Part shown: in pieces, positions 49,087-58,074 of the stretch | How the letters are laid out: every line of letters begins with the position of its first letter | Position numbering within the stretch: position 1 is the stretch's first letter | NCBI GenBank assembly: GCA_905478415.1 | Contig: CAJQIG010000004.1 | Location: 203,523 to 267,522 of the forward strand | From: an uncultured Patescibacteria group bacterium | GTDB taxonomy: Bacteria; Patescibacteriota; Microgenomatia; UBA1400; PJMF01 | Reading direction: 5' to 3' | Length of the DNA: 64,000 bases | Notes under the pieces: model-generated | Seen by the model: the letters and a program-made list of their open reading frames with translations, nothing else | The model's database searches: none | Told to the model about the DNA's origin: nothing | Program-made: the position numbers and the translations under genes

Positions 49087-49626
49087 TTATTTTGAAAGAC
49101 TAAATCCGAGGGCAATTTCATTTCGAATATCTGCTTTTGTCTCGATATTTAAGATCTCTTCTAGAGAGAACCATGCAATGCCATCTGTTTCTTCAGTGTT
49201 TTGGGTAAATTCAAAACCATCTACAGCTTTGAGTAAATAGAAAAAACCGACATGCTGTTCACAGCCGCGTTTCCATTTTTTTGTAGGAACTCGTTTCGAT
49301 GTGTCTTCCGCTTGCATGCGCAAATCGTAGCTTTCGTGGTTAACCCAATGCACATTTGTGGAAATAGGATTAGGAAAGAAGGTGGAATCTTCACCTCCGC
49401 CAACTAATGACTCAACAAATGGATCGAAAGCAACGACCTTAACACCCGTCTCTTCCCAAAATTCGCGCTCTGCTGCTTGGTGGGGAAGCTCATCCTTATC
49501 AATGTGTCCTCCAGGGTTGAGCCAAATACCCAGTTTTTTATGTTTGACCAATAAGACCTTGCCTTCGTGGATGAGCATACCGCCCGCGGTATAACAGAGT
49601 TTTGGTTGTGGATTTTGAGAAGTCAT
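49087..49626 (-). CDS. NUDIX hydrolase
   Basis: HKKLGIWLNPGGHI, AAEREFWEETG. Confidence 0.9.
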   Translation of the reverse strand: MTSQNPQPKLCYTAGGMLIHEGKVLLVKHKKLGIWLNPGGHIDKDELPHQAAEREFWEETGVKVVAFDPFVESLVGGGEDSTFFPNPISTNVHWVNHESYDLRMQAEDTSKRVPTKKWKRGCEQHVGFFYLLKAVDGFEFTQNTEETDGIAWFSLEEILNIETKADIRNEIALGFSLSK

Positions 49627-49691
49627 AGTACTTTCTATTCTATCATTCATTCCTTTTATAATTTTTTTTCAACCGGGTCTAGATAAAAAAA

Positions 49692-50276
49692 TTATAAAAG
49701 ACTCATCTGCACCCCAGCATCTTTTTGGGGAGTAAAACTAAAATCAACTTGTGCTTCAATTAAGCGATTCCATTTATTCTTAAATTTAACATGACCTTTT
49801 TGCAAACCATAATCATACACATCACGCGTCACCGCAACATCCTGGATACAATACTTTTCCAGTTTGTCCCACTCTTTATTCTTGAAGTATTTAATAGCAT
49901 CGAGCCCATCACCTGTTTTTCCAATGCCAAGTGTTTCGTGAGCGACTGCATCTAAACCAATTCGATGACCAACGCTATCTTTAATTCTACCCATGACATC
50001 CAGTGTTGGAATTTTTGAAATGTCAGCATTGTAATAATTAGTGAACGTGGGCATATCAAAACCATCAATATTAAACCCAATGACTACATCTGCTTTTTCC
50101 AATAAGGGAAATAAATTGGGCAAATCTTTCTCAAAGTAGCTCTGCATCTCACCTTTGCCAGTGAAACCTTCACGAACACAAACACCAACAAATGAAATTC
50201 CTAGTTTCTCGGGAAAAAATCCACCCACTTCGTCAAATGTCCGCTTCGTTTCGACATCTAGAATAACTTGCAACAT
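49692..50276 (-). CDS. YprB-like RNase H-fold (DEDD) exonuclease domain protein
   Basis: LDVET, IGFN..FD, YCIQDV. Confidence 0.85.
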   Translation of the reverse strand: MLQVILDVETKRTFDEVGGFFPEKLGISFVGVCVREGFTGKGEMQSYFEKDLPNLFPLLEKADVVIGFNIDGFDMPTFTNYYNADISKIPTLDVMGRIKDSVGHRIGLDAVAHETLGIGKTGDGLDAIKYFKNKEWDKLEKYCIQDVAVTRDVYDYGLQKGHVKFKNKWNRLIEAQVDFSFTPQKDAGVQMSLL

Positions 50277-50340
50277 ACACCCTTCCTAACGAGTAACAAC
50301 TCTTAGGCATCTATTTTTGTACTCAGTAAAAAACAACTTT

Positions 50341-50943
50341 TTACGCGGCGGCTTCAAATCGACGAGCAACCTCTTCCCAGTCTACAACATTCCAGAATGA
50401 AAGAATATAATCTGGTCGACGATTTTGATAGTTAAGGTAGTAGGCATGTTCCCAGACATCCAGTCCCAAAATTGGAGAGCCATCAAGTCCGGTGATATCC
50501 ATGAGTGGATTATCTTGATTTGGAGTTGATCCAACTGAAAGTTCACCCTCGTGCACAACGAGCCAAGCCCATCCGGAACCAAACTGTGTGGCTGCTGCTG
50601 TACTAAACTGAGTTTTGAATTCCTCGAACGAACCAAAGCTTTGAGTAATTGCATCAGCAAGAGCACCGGTTGGCTCTCCGCCACCTTGTGAGCTCATGAT
50701 TGACCAGAAGAGTGAGTGATTGTAAAAGCCACCACCATTGTTTCGAACAGCTGTAGATTCTTCTGAGACTTTAGCCAAGATTTCTTCAATGGTTTTTTCA
50801 GCAAGTGATGAGCCTTCAATAGCTGCATTCAGCTTGTCTGTGTATCCTTGATGATGCTTCGTGTAGTGAATTTCCATAGTGCGAGCATCGATGTGCGGCT
50901 CGAGGGCTGCAAATTCGTAGTTTAGTTTTGGGAGGGTGAACAT
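50341..50943 (-). CDS. sodA: Superoxide dismutase Mn/Fe
   Basis: [37 protein letters not shown]. Confidence 0.96.
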   Translation of the reverse strand: MFTLPKLNYEFAALEPHIDARTMEIHYTKHHQGYTDKLNAAIEGSSLAEKTIEEILAKVSEESTAVRNNGGGFYNHSLFWSIMSSQGGGEPTGALADAITQSFGSFEEFKTQFSTAAATQFGSGWAWLVVHEGELSVGSTPNQDNPLMDITGLDGSPILGLDVWEHAYYLNYQNRRPDYILSFWNVVDWEEVARRFEAAA

Positions 50944-50975
50944 AGGTTTCCTTTATTTGTAATTTTTGTTGACAA

Positions 50976-51746
50976 TTAGGTATCAAGCTCATCCATTTGA
51001 GTAGCTAGAGCAATTGCTTTTCTTTCTAACTCTGCCATCAGTTCAGCTACATACCCCTTAAATTCTGAAATAAATTTTTCTATATCTAGATCCTTGAAGA
51101 TTGGCTCAAACAAGTCATCAGCATATGTAGACTCCACTGGGACCCCTTCGCGATCAGTTTTATCATAAGAAACTACAATGGCTGTTTCTGCATCTCCCCT
51201 TCCATATGTACGCTTGTTTACCATATCTGCAATGGGGTGATCAACCTCTGGAAAAATAGAACCATAAAGTCTTGTCTCAAGATAATCAATGTCAATTTGA
51301 CTTCTAGCATCAAGTGAAAAAACCTTGTGTGGAAAAGCTTTCCTCCAAGGTGTTTCTGTTGTGGTATCAAAATTCCTCGAATTTACCTGACTTCCGAACT
51401 TTTCGTCTAGTTTCTGCATCAGAGTACGCCATTCTTGTTGATCAAAATCTCGGAATAATTGAAATTTTGCATCTCTTTTAGAATCTCCAGATACAATTTT
51501 ATTACGCAATGGGCTAACAATTTTTTGATAGTCAGCACGGAGAGTAAAAAATTCTTGAATTAACGCTTTTCGTTCGAGACCTCTGCTCGAAGGTCTTAAT
51601 TCAATTTGTTGGTACTTTTTTTCAATTTGTTGTCTTCTTTTTTGCTCTTGCTTGTATTCCTTCGCTTGATTTTTTTGAGCTCTCTGCTCTGCGTTTACCT
51701 GCTGTCTCGCTAACAAGTTTGACAGTCTAAATGGCATCTCTGGCAT
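50976..51746 (-). CDS. Hypothetical protein (charged, helical)
   Basis: 256-aa ORF in operon-like spacing. Confidence 0.65.
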   Translation of the reverse strand: MPEMPFRLSNLLARQQVNAEQRAQKNQAKEYKQEQKRRQQIEKKYQQIELRPSSRGLERKALIQEFFTLRADYQKIVSPLRNKIVSGDSKRDAKFQLFRDFDQQEWRTLMQKLDEKFGSQVNSRNFDTTTETPWRKAFPHKVFSLDARSQIDIDYLETRLYGSIFPEVDHPIADMVNKRTYGRGDAETAIVVSYDKTDREGVPVESTYADDLFEPIFKDLDIEKFISEFKGYVAELMAELERKAIALATQMDELDT

Positions 51747-51758
51747 ATCTCACCCTTT

Positions 51759-52238
51759 CTATCTTTTATCCTGAAGTTCAGCAAACTTCTTAACAAACTT
51801 TTGCGCATCCCCGTGCTCAAATCCATAGACACTGACTGAAGAATTCATCTGAGTAAACACTATCGCACTGATACCAAAAAGTTTATCGACAAAGTCTTGG
51901 TGCACATACATAGTGGCAATTTTTTGAATAGGAACGGTAAAGCTGTTACTGGTAAAACCAGTACTTTCTCCAGAAAGTTGAGTTTTAGTCAATTCAATGT
52001 AGCTCCCCTTAGCTTGTAAGACTGCATCAAAAACTCTTGAGAACCAGTAAGCAACTGTGGCAAGTATACTGAGTAAAAGCGCCAAAAACTGAACCATATC
52101 TGGTGCTACAAACTCAGCTGAGGCTAACAGAAATGAAAAACCAATCACTGCCACTACAAAGACCATAGCAGCTTTTTGCAGAGATTGAAAAAGGTGACTC
52201 ACAATCAAGGGCAGTACTTTTTTAACAGTTATCTTCAT
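51759..52238 (-). CDS. Membrane protein with bacterial PH (bPH_2)-like domain
   Basis: 2 TM segments; VPIQKI..VHQDFVDKLFG. Confidence 0.65.
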   Translation of the reverse strand: MKITVKKVLPLIVSHLFQSLQKAAMVFVVAVIGFSFLLASAEFVAPDMVQFLALLLSILATVAYWFSRVFDAVLQAKGSYIELTKTQLSGESTGFTSNSFTVPIQKIATMYVHQDFVDKLFGISAIVFTQMNSSVSVYGFEHGDAQKFVKKFAELQDKR

Positions 52239-52240
52239 AG

Positions 52241-52543
52241 TTATTTTTTCTTCTTTTCTAAGGTACCAAACATCCCCATAACTTCAAGTACTAAGTAGGC
52301 TGCAAACGAGTACACAAAAATAGCAAACAGAGTTGTGAACTCAAGTACAAAACGCCCTTTCACACTTGGTGACGGAAAAACATATTGAAACGGAGCTAAA
52401 AGCGGCTCGGTATTTTCGTACAACCAAGCAACGAACGGAGCGGCTGTACTCGCCCCAAATAAGCGGGCTACAAATCTAACTGAAAGTAAAAGCTCGATCA
52501 GTGAGACTAACATATAGGTCATATTTTGTAGTAAGCGACTCAT
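52241..52543 (-). CDS. YggT family membrane protein
   Basis: RFVARLFGA, LYENTEPLLAPF. Confidence 0.85.
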   Translation of the reverse strand: MSRLLQNMTYMLVSLIELLLSVRFVARLFGASTAAPFVAWLYENTEPLLAPFQYVFPSPSVKGRFVLEFTTLFAIFVYSFAAYLVLEVMGMFGTLEKKKK

Positions 52544-52560
52544 GGTGCTCCTTTCTTTCT

Positions 52561-53433
52561 TTATTCTGTCTTTTCCTGTTCTTTAGCAGTGAACTCGTTT
52601 GTAATTCTCACTAGTTCCAACAAGTGATCTCGGCTCTGATGTTCAATCTCAGTTTCGAGCATCGAAACATCAACTGAGCCATCTGTCCCTTCGGCATGTG
52701 AAACTTTAGGCCAAAAGACATCTCCCATTAAAAATCCTTGAGCTCCACTTTCGAGACTGGCTCGAAGCTCACGCTTGCAGTCTTCATACTCACCGCTACG
52801 CGAAGTCAGTATCCAAGGAATATCAAGTTCTGCTGTTATGGTCACTGCTGCCAAACTATCTCCCAGATACTCAAGTGCAATCACATCACAGCTTTCTCTG
52901 AACTCCTGGACCGCGAGGAGCTGAGCTTCGATCATACCCTCTGGAGACGGCTTTTCGTGTGCTTGATGATATACCAAAAGTTCCAAAACAAATTCAATTC
53001 CTTCATACTGGCAGTAGTCATAAAACTCAGCCACCATTTGCTTTTTAATGGCTGCTTGCTGCTCGGCTGGGTGATAGTACAACTCGAGCTTAGCCACTGC
53101 ATAGTTATTAGCAATGTTCTCAACACTCCAGTTCTCAACTAAGCTAGGAACTACCAGGGGGTCAACTGCAGGAGTTTTTTTCTCAAGACTCAGCAAAGGC
53201 ACACAAGTGGCAGCAACAGTTTCTCGATGACGAAAGGAATGTTCTGGGGACAAAACCACCCCACTGACATGCTTGGTGTACACCTCAATCATTTTCTGGG
53301 TTAACTGTGAGACTATGGCAGCATGATCAGAATTGGACAGCTGCAGCTCCATTGCATCAGCCATAGCTGGGACTCGATCAAGTTCGAGCAGAGTAAACAT
53401 TCCTTCTTTAGTACGAAGCGCATCAATAGTCAT
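52561..53433 (-). CDS. Tagatose-1,6-bisphosphate aldolase (LacD)-like protein, active site degenerate
   Basis: VVLSPE, LSLEK, AKLELYYHP, FVLELL, PWILTS, GAQGFLMG..W. Confidence 0.75.
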   Translation of the reverse strand: MTIDALRTKEGMFTLLELDRVPAMADAMELQLSNSDHAAIVSQLTQKMIEVYTKHVSGVVLSPEHSFRHRETVAATCVPLLSLEKKTPAVDPLVVPSLVENWSVENIANNYAVAKLELYYHPAEQQAAIKKQMVAEFYDYCQYEGIEFVLELLVYHQAHEKPSPEGMIEAQLLAVQEFRESCDVIALEYLGDSLAAVTITAELDIPWILTSRSGEYEDCKRELRASLESGAQGFLMGDVFWPKVSHAEGTDGSVDVSMLETEIEHQSRDHLLELVRITNEFTAKEQEKTE

Positions 53434-53480
53434 GCAGTTAGTATACTGGATTTTGATGCGAATGGCGAATTTGGGTGGGG

Positions 53481-53518
53481 AAAGAAAAGAGCGCCCGGCA
53501 GGATGCCGAGCGCTCTCT
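53481..53518 (-). terminator. Intrinsic terminator of pnp (repeat copy 1)
   Basis: Minus strand AGCGCTCGGCA-TCC-TGCCGGGCGCT plus U tract. Confidence 0.85.
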
Positions 53519-53549
53519 CAATTGCGACTTATTCTAAAAGCTCAGAAAC

Positions 53550-55844
53550 TTAGCGTCTTCCGCCTCTGTCTCCACCACGGTATCCGCCACCGCCACCTCG
53601 GCGATCTCGGCCACCGTTGAAACGAGGTCTGCCTCCTCCGTTGCCACCGCCATTGCGGTCACCACCTCGGGATTGAGCACGTTTTTCTTTCGCTTCTGCC
53701 TCTTGTTCTTCGGTCAACATAGTTAAACCGATTTTGCCATCATCTTTAATTTCGGCAATACGAACATGTACGGAGTCACCAACTTTTACCATTTCAGATG
53801 CATCTTGCACATACTCGGTGCTCATAGCACTGACGTGAACGAGTCCTTCTCGACCTGGCAAGTACTCTACAAAAGCTCCGTAGCCTTCAACTCGGGTAAC
53901 TGTACCATCAAAAGCTTCACCTGGTTCAACCACGCGCATCATGTTAGTGATGATGTTGTGAGCAGCGTCAATTTGAGCCTGGTCTGATGAAGAAATGTTG
54001 ACGATTCCGAGTTCATTCTCGTTATCTTCTTCAACATTAATGTCAGCACCTGTTTGCTCAATAATACCTTTAATAATTTTTCCTCCAGGACCAATAAGTT
54101 CACCAATGCGCTTTGCAGGAATGGTAATCTGGACCACTTTTGGAGCATATTCACTCAAAGTTGTTCTCTTCTCTGGAAGAGCCTTCATCATCTCATCCAT
54201 AATGTGGATGCGACCAACACGAGCTTGCTCAAGAGCTTGCTCTAAGACTGGGCGAGGAATACCTTTGAGTTTAATGTCCATTTGAATAGCTGTAATACCT
54301 TCGGTAGTTCCTGAAACTTTAAAGTCCATGTCACCAACGTGATCTTCAAGACCTTGAATGTCAGAGAGAACAATGAACTGTTTACCATCAGACATAAGTC
54401 CCATTGCAATACCAGAAACTGGACGCTTGATTGGAACACCTGCGGCCATGAGAGAAAGAGTTGAACCACAAACAGAAGCTTGTGAAGTTGAACCATTTGA
54501 ACTCATGATTTCTGTAAGCACGTGGATCGTGTAGGGGAAGTCTTCTTGTGAAGGAATAACTGGCATCAAGGCACGCTCTGCTAAAGCTCCATGACCAATT
54601 TCACGACGTTTTGCGAAACCAAATCGACCGGTACTACCAAATGAGTACGGAGGTGAACTGTAGTGATGGAAGTAGTGACTGGTGGCTTCCCCTTCAATAC
54701 TTTCGATCAACTGTCCAAGTGATGGGTTACCGAGTGTTACCACCGTAACGCCTTGAGTAGCTCCACGCTTAAACATTGCTGAACCATGCGTTCTTGGGAA
54801 TACATCGACTTCACTCCAGATATCTCTGATTTCATCAGTTGCTCTCCCATCAGGGCGAGATCCATCTTCGAAAATGAATGATCGGGCTGCAGTTTTGAGT
54901 GCTTTATCCATAGCTTCTGAAACTTGACCAGCTGTGTAGAGTTCATCTTCACCGCGACCTTCGTTTACTTTTGCAAGCACAACTTCCTCGAGTTCGCTGA
55001 CACCAGCTGCTTCTAGAGTAGCTTTCTTAACAACAGCAGCTCTCGTTTCTTTTTTGAATGTTGAAAAAATTGTATCTGCGAGAGTTTTAATTTCTGCTTG
55101 TGCAGCAGCATCATCTTCAGAGATAAGTTCGACTTTGTCTTTTCCGATTTCAGCCACAATTTCGTTGATAGCTGTACAGACTTTTCCAAGTTCTTCTTGA
55201 GCTTTTACTAACGCTTCAATCATAACTGGCTCTGAAATTTCGTTAGCACCAGCTTCTACCATCACAATGGCATCACCTGATCCTGAAACAATGAGATCTA
55301 AATCACCGCAGGTTTCTTGCTGGGTGATAGTTGGATTAAAAGTGAAGGTTTTATCTTCCTTATTGTATCCAAGCTTAAGACCAGCCATTGGACCATCAAA
55401 GGGAATTGATGAAATTGCTAAACCAAGAGCACTTCCAAGGAGACCAAGCATATCTGGGTTATTTTCACCATCAAATGAGAAAACAGTGTTGATAACTTGA
55501 ACTTCGTTAGTAATTCCTGCTGGAAATAATGGACGAAGTGAACGGTCGATAACACGAGCTTTCAAGATTTCCTTATCAAGTGGACGACCAGGTCGTTTCA
55601 CCCAACGTGAACCTTTAATAATTCCAGCTGCGTTTAATTTTTCGGTAAACTCAACAGAAAGTGGGAAGTACCCCAAATTAACTTTTCTGCCCAAACCAAT
55701 AGTGGTATGAACAACTGTTTCACCACAAGTGAGTAACACAGCTGCATCTGCTTGTTGTGCAAATTTTCCTACTTCGATAGTGATAGTTTTATCACCAAGC
55801 GTTATATCCCGCTTGTACGTTTTTGGGTACACAGGGTATGACAT
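53550..55844 (-). CDS. pnp: Polyribonucleotide nucleotidyltransferase
   Basis: RVIDRSLRPLF, RPDGR, RREIGHG, SNGSTS, DMDFK, KH and S1 domains, RGG tail. Confidence 0.98.
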   Translation of the reverse strand: MSYPVYPKTYKRDITLGDKTITIEVGKFAQQADAAVLLTCGETVVHTTIGLGRKVNLGYFPLSVEFTEKLNAAGIIKGSRWVKRPGRPLDKEILKARVIDRSLRPLFPAGITNEVQVINTVFSFDGENNPDMLGLLGSALGLAISSIPFDGPMAGLKLGYNKEDKTFTFNPTITQQETCGDLDLIVSGSGDAIVMVEAGANEISEPVMIEALVKAQEELGKVCTAINEIVAEIGKDKVELISEDDAAAQAEIKTLADTIFSTFKKETRAAVVKKATLEAAGVSELEEVVLAKVNEGRGEDELYTAGQVSEAMDKALKTAARSFIFEDGSRPDGRATDEIRDIWSEVDVFPRTHGSAMFKRGATQGVTVVTLGNPSLGQLIESIEGEATSHYFHHYSSPPYSFGSTGRFGFAKRREIGHGALAERALMPVIPSQEDFPYTIHVLTEIMSSNGSTSQASVCGSTLSLMAAGVPIKRPVSGIAMGLMSDGKQFIVLSDIQGLEDHVGDMDFKVSGTTEGITAIQMDIKLKGIPRPVLEQALEQARVGRIHIMDEMMKALPEKRTTLSEYAPKVVQITIPAKRIGELIGPGGKIIKGIIEQTGADINVEEDNENELGIVNISSSDQAQIDAAHNIITNMMRVVEPGEAFDGTVTRVEGYGAFVEYLPGREGLVHVSAMSTEYVQDASEMVKVGDSVHVRIAEIKDDGKIGLTMLTEEQEAEAKEKRAQSRGGDRNGGGNGGGRPRFNGGRDRRGGGGGYRGGDRGGRR

Positions 55845-55997
55845 ATAATCCTTTCCCCTCTGCCATGCAGAAGGAAGATGAGGTGAGAACTGTTGAGTAT
55901 TCTGGAGAAGAGATAATTATTGAAATGCTTCTCAATTACCTACTCTCTTGAATCCTCAGCTCTCCCGTCTTTTATTTTTACTAGGGGTAGTATACCA
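55845..55997 (-). promoter_or_regulatory. pnp promoter and structured 5' leader
   Basis: TGGTATACT (55997-55989); long imperfect stem (AGGTAATT/AATTATCT, GAGGATTC/GAATACTC); small hairpin next to the SD. Confidence 0.6.
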
Positions 55998-56054
55998 AAA
56001 AAGCTCCATGAATAGAACCCACAGAGCTTTTTGTTTCTATTTTTTAAAACCAAA

Positions 56055-56684
56055 CTATTCGAGACGCTTAACGAGTCTATTGTAGAACATTACATAACTG
56101 AGTCCTGCAACTGGAGCAGTCACAAACACACCTACAATCAATCCAAAAAGACCAAGGTATGCCAGCGCAATTGTAGCTCCAAAGAGACCCACAAGCTCCC
56201 ACTTCACACCATCTGTCATCTTTGCACTAGCTGCCAAAGCTTCTTTTGGACCCATCTTTTTATCAATAATTAAGAATGGAACAAAGTAGTACTTCAAAGA
56301 AAAGTAAATACCAGGCAAGATAAAGAGCAAGGTTCCACCGAGTACAATCAGCATCATCATGATAGTACCAATAACATAGTTAATGACTTGTGGGAACATA
56401 TCGGTAAATGTCTCAACAGTAATCTCTTTTCCTCGAGTCAAGTTAATATACCCCTGGACTACTCCCATACTAACCACCATCTGGGCCACCATGTACAGAA
56501 ATCCAACAAAAAGAGCCATCAGCCCAAAATCTTCACCTAATGCTTTCACTATCAGTGAATACACTACTGCAACTAAGACTGGAATGAGATACAGACCGTA
56601 CACCAAATGCCACTTTTCTTTAAATAAGTTCCAAGACCCATGAATAGCCTCCGAAATCGCAAACCCTGATACTGCTTTAGACAT
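56055..56684 (-). CDS. Integral membrane protein (DUF975/YciC-like)
   Basis: LFILPGIY, FLIIDK, AL..S..MT.G.KW; several TM segments. Confidence 0.8.
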   Translation of the reverse strand: MSKAVSGFAISEAIHGSWNLFKEKWHLVYGLYLIPVLVAVVYSLIVKALGEDFGLMALFVGFLYMVAQMVVSMGVVQGYINLTRGKEITVETFTDMFPQVINYVIGTIMMMLIVLGGTLLFILPGIYFSLKYYFVPFLIIDKKMGPKEALAASAKMTDGVKWELVGLFGATIALAYLGLFGLIVGVFVTAPVAGLSYVMFYNRLVKRLE

Positions 56685-56843
56685 ATGTCCTTTCTGAAAA
56701 CATCTCTTGATACTGGATGTAGTACTCTAGGTATCAGTATACAACATCTTGTAGTAGCTGAATATATCTAGTAAAAAAAATAAAACTGGAGAGCGATAGT
56801 GAAGTGGGGAATCATTCAGACTTCCCCACTCTATCTTTAATAT

Positions 56844-57458
56844 CTAGAAACCAAGTCGCATGCTCATCACTCGTAAAAATAAGAAGCCAATGCATACGAC
56901 TACCAACAAAGGCAGCACCATCCAGACCTCAAAGGTAAAGGATGTCGAGTGTGAGCGGGTGACAACAGCCGGTGCTGTTGCCAAATTGAGGTTATTCATC
57001 AAGTGACCTGATTCGGCCATTTGTAACCCAAACTCAGCTGCCAAAGCTTCAACATATGGCGGTGGACAAGGGAATTGATCCGTTGTCTGCCAAACAAAGT
57101 TGCTGGCAACACCAAAGAACACTCCCATTCCTCCCTGCAGTACTGCTGGTTCAGAAAAATAGTCGTAACCTGGCAATCTATTCATTTGACTTTCAGTATC
57201 ACGAATCACATTTCCATCTGAGCCAGAGTCGTCATATAATACTTGAGCTCGACAATAACTCGGGCCACGCCCATTGTCATCTTGAAAAAAATGAAGCCCA
57301 CGAAATCGGGATCCAGCATTCTGAATCGCTTGCCGAATCAACTCTTCAGATCCAGGAGGCGGCAATGCCGCTTGTGCCTCGACCTGACGAATTGGAATCA
57401 CTAATGACGTAGACAAAAGTAGAATTGCAAAAAAAACGGATACGATCTTGTTTAACAT
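56844..57458 (-). CDS. Secreted/membrane-anchored hypothetical protein
   Basis: SD GGAG; signal peptide VEA; Cys pair; C-terminal TM. Confidence 0.7.
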   Translation of the reverse strand: MLNKIVSVFFAILLLSTSLVIPIRQVEAQAALPPPGSEELIRQAIQNAGSRFRGLHFFQDDNGRGPSYCRAQVLYDDSGSDGNVIRDTESQMNRLPGYDYFSEPAVLQGGMGVFFGVASNFVWQTTDQFPCPPPYVEALAAEFGLQMAESGHLMNNLNLATAPAVVTRSHSTSFTFEVWMVLPLLVVVCIGFLFLRVMSMRLGF

Positions 57459-57606
57459 AGTCTCTCCAGTTTTTAAAGAATAAAAGGGAAATGAATTTCC
57501 CTAAAAATATAATTTCTTATCCGCAATGAACAAGATTATGTCCTGTATTGTATCATAATGAATATTATAGGTCAATTTTAAATATGTCTTATGATGTTTT
57601 AGTACT

Positions 57607-57635
57607 AAAAAGCGCCCGGCAGGATGCCGAGCGCT
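57607..57635 (-). terminator. Intrinsic terminator of rpsO (repeat copy 2)
   Basis: 25-nt hairpin identical to 53490-53514, plus U tract. Confidence 0.85.
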
Positions 57636-57666
57636 GTTCATTGTAAATACACTTTTTTACTGCAAA

Positions 57667-57936
57667 TTATTTTGTCAGTTCCAAGCGATCAATAAGTTTT
57701 CGATATCTCTCTTCACTTCGACTGAGCAAGAAGTTGAGGAGACGACGTCTCTTGGCAACTTGCTTTAAGAGACCGCGACGTGAGTGATCATCTTTCTTAT
57801 GTGAAGCTAAGTGTGAGGTCAACTCTTGAACTGAAGCAGTCAATAAAGCCACCTGTACTTCAGGAGAACCAGTATCACCTTCGAAAAGTTGATAGTCCTT
57901 AATAACTTGAATTTTTTGAGCTTTTGACAAAGCCAT
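57667..57936 (-). CDS. rpsO: 30S ribosomal protein S15
   Basis: [29 protein letters not shown]. Confidence 0.98.
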   Translation of the reverse strand: MALSKAQKIQVIKDYQLFEGDTGSPEVQVALLTASVQELTSHLASHKKDDHSRRGLLKQVAKRRRLLNFLLSRSEERYRKLIDRLELTK

Positions 57937-58050
57937 GGTATTCCTTTCTTCCCTTGCAAAGCGAGTCTTTAGTGAGCAACTGCTCAAACCAGCTAGGCAA
58001 AGTAACCGTTTATTTTGTACTTCCCTTGTTAGGGAGATCATAGTATATCA
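57937..58050 (-). promoter_or_regulatory. rpsO promoter and structured leader
   Basis: TGATATACT (58050-58042); nested stem CTTTGC/GCAAGG enclosing TGAGC-AGTT-GCTCA. Confidence 0.55.
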
Positions 58051-58074
58051 TATATAAGAAGATTTTAACCTACC

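Noticed and set aside
53550-53670. GC-rich repeats at the pnp 3' end
   Set aside because: They encode an RGG low-complexity tail, not a DNA repeat element
57937-58041. N-terminally extended S15 (124 aa in the ORF track)
   Set aside because: The SD and the canonical MALSK start are at 57936; the extension is the leader RNA
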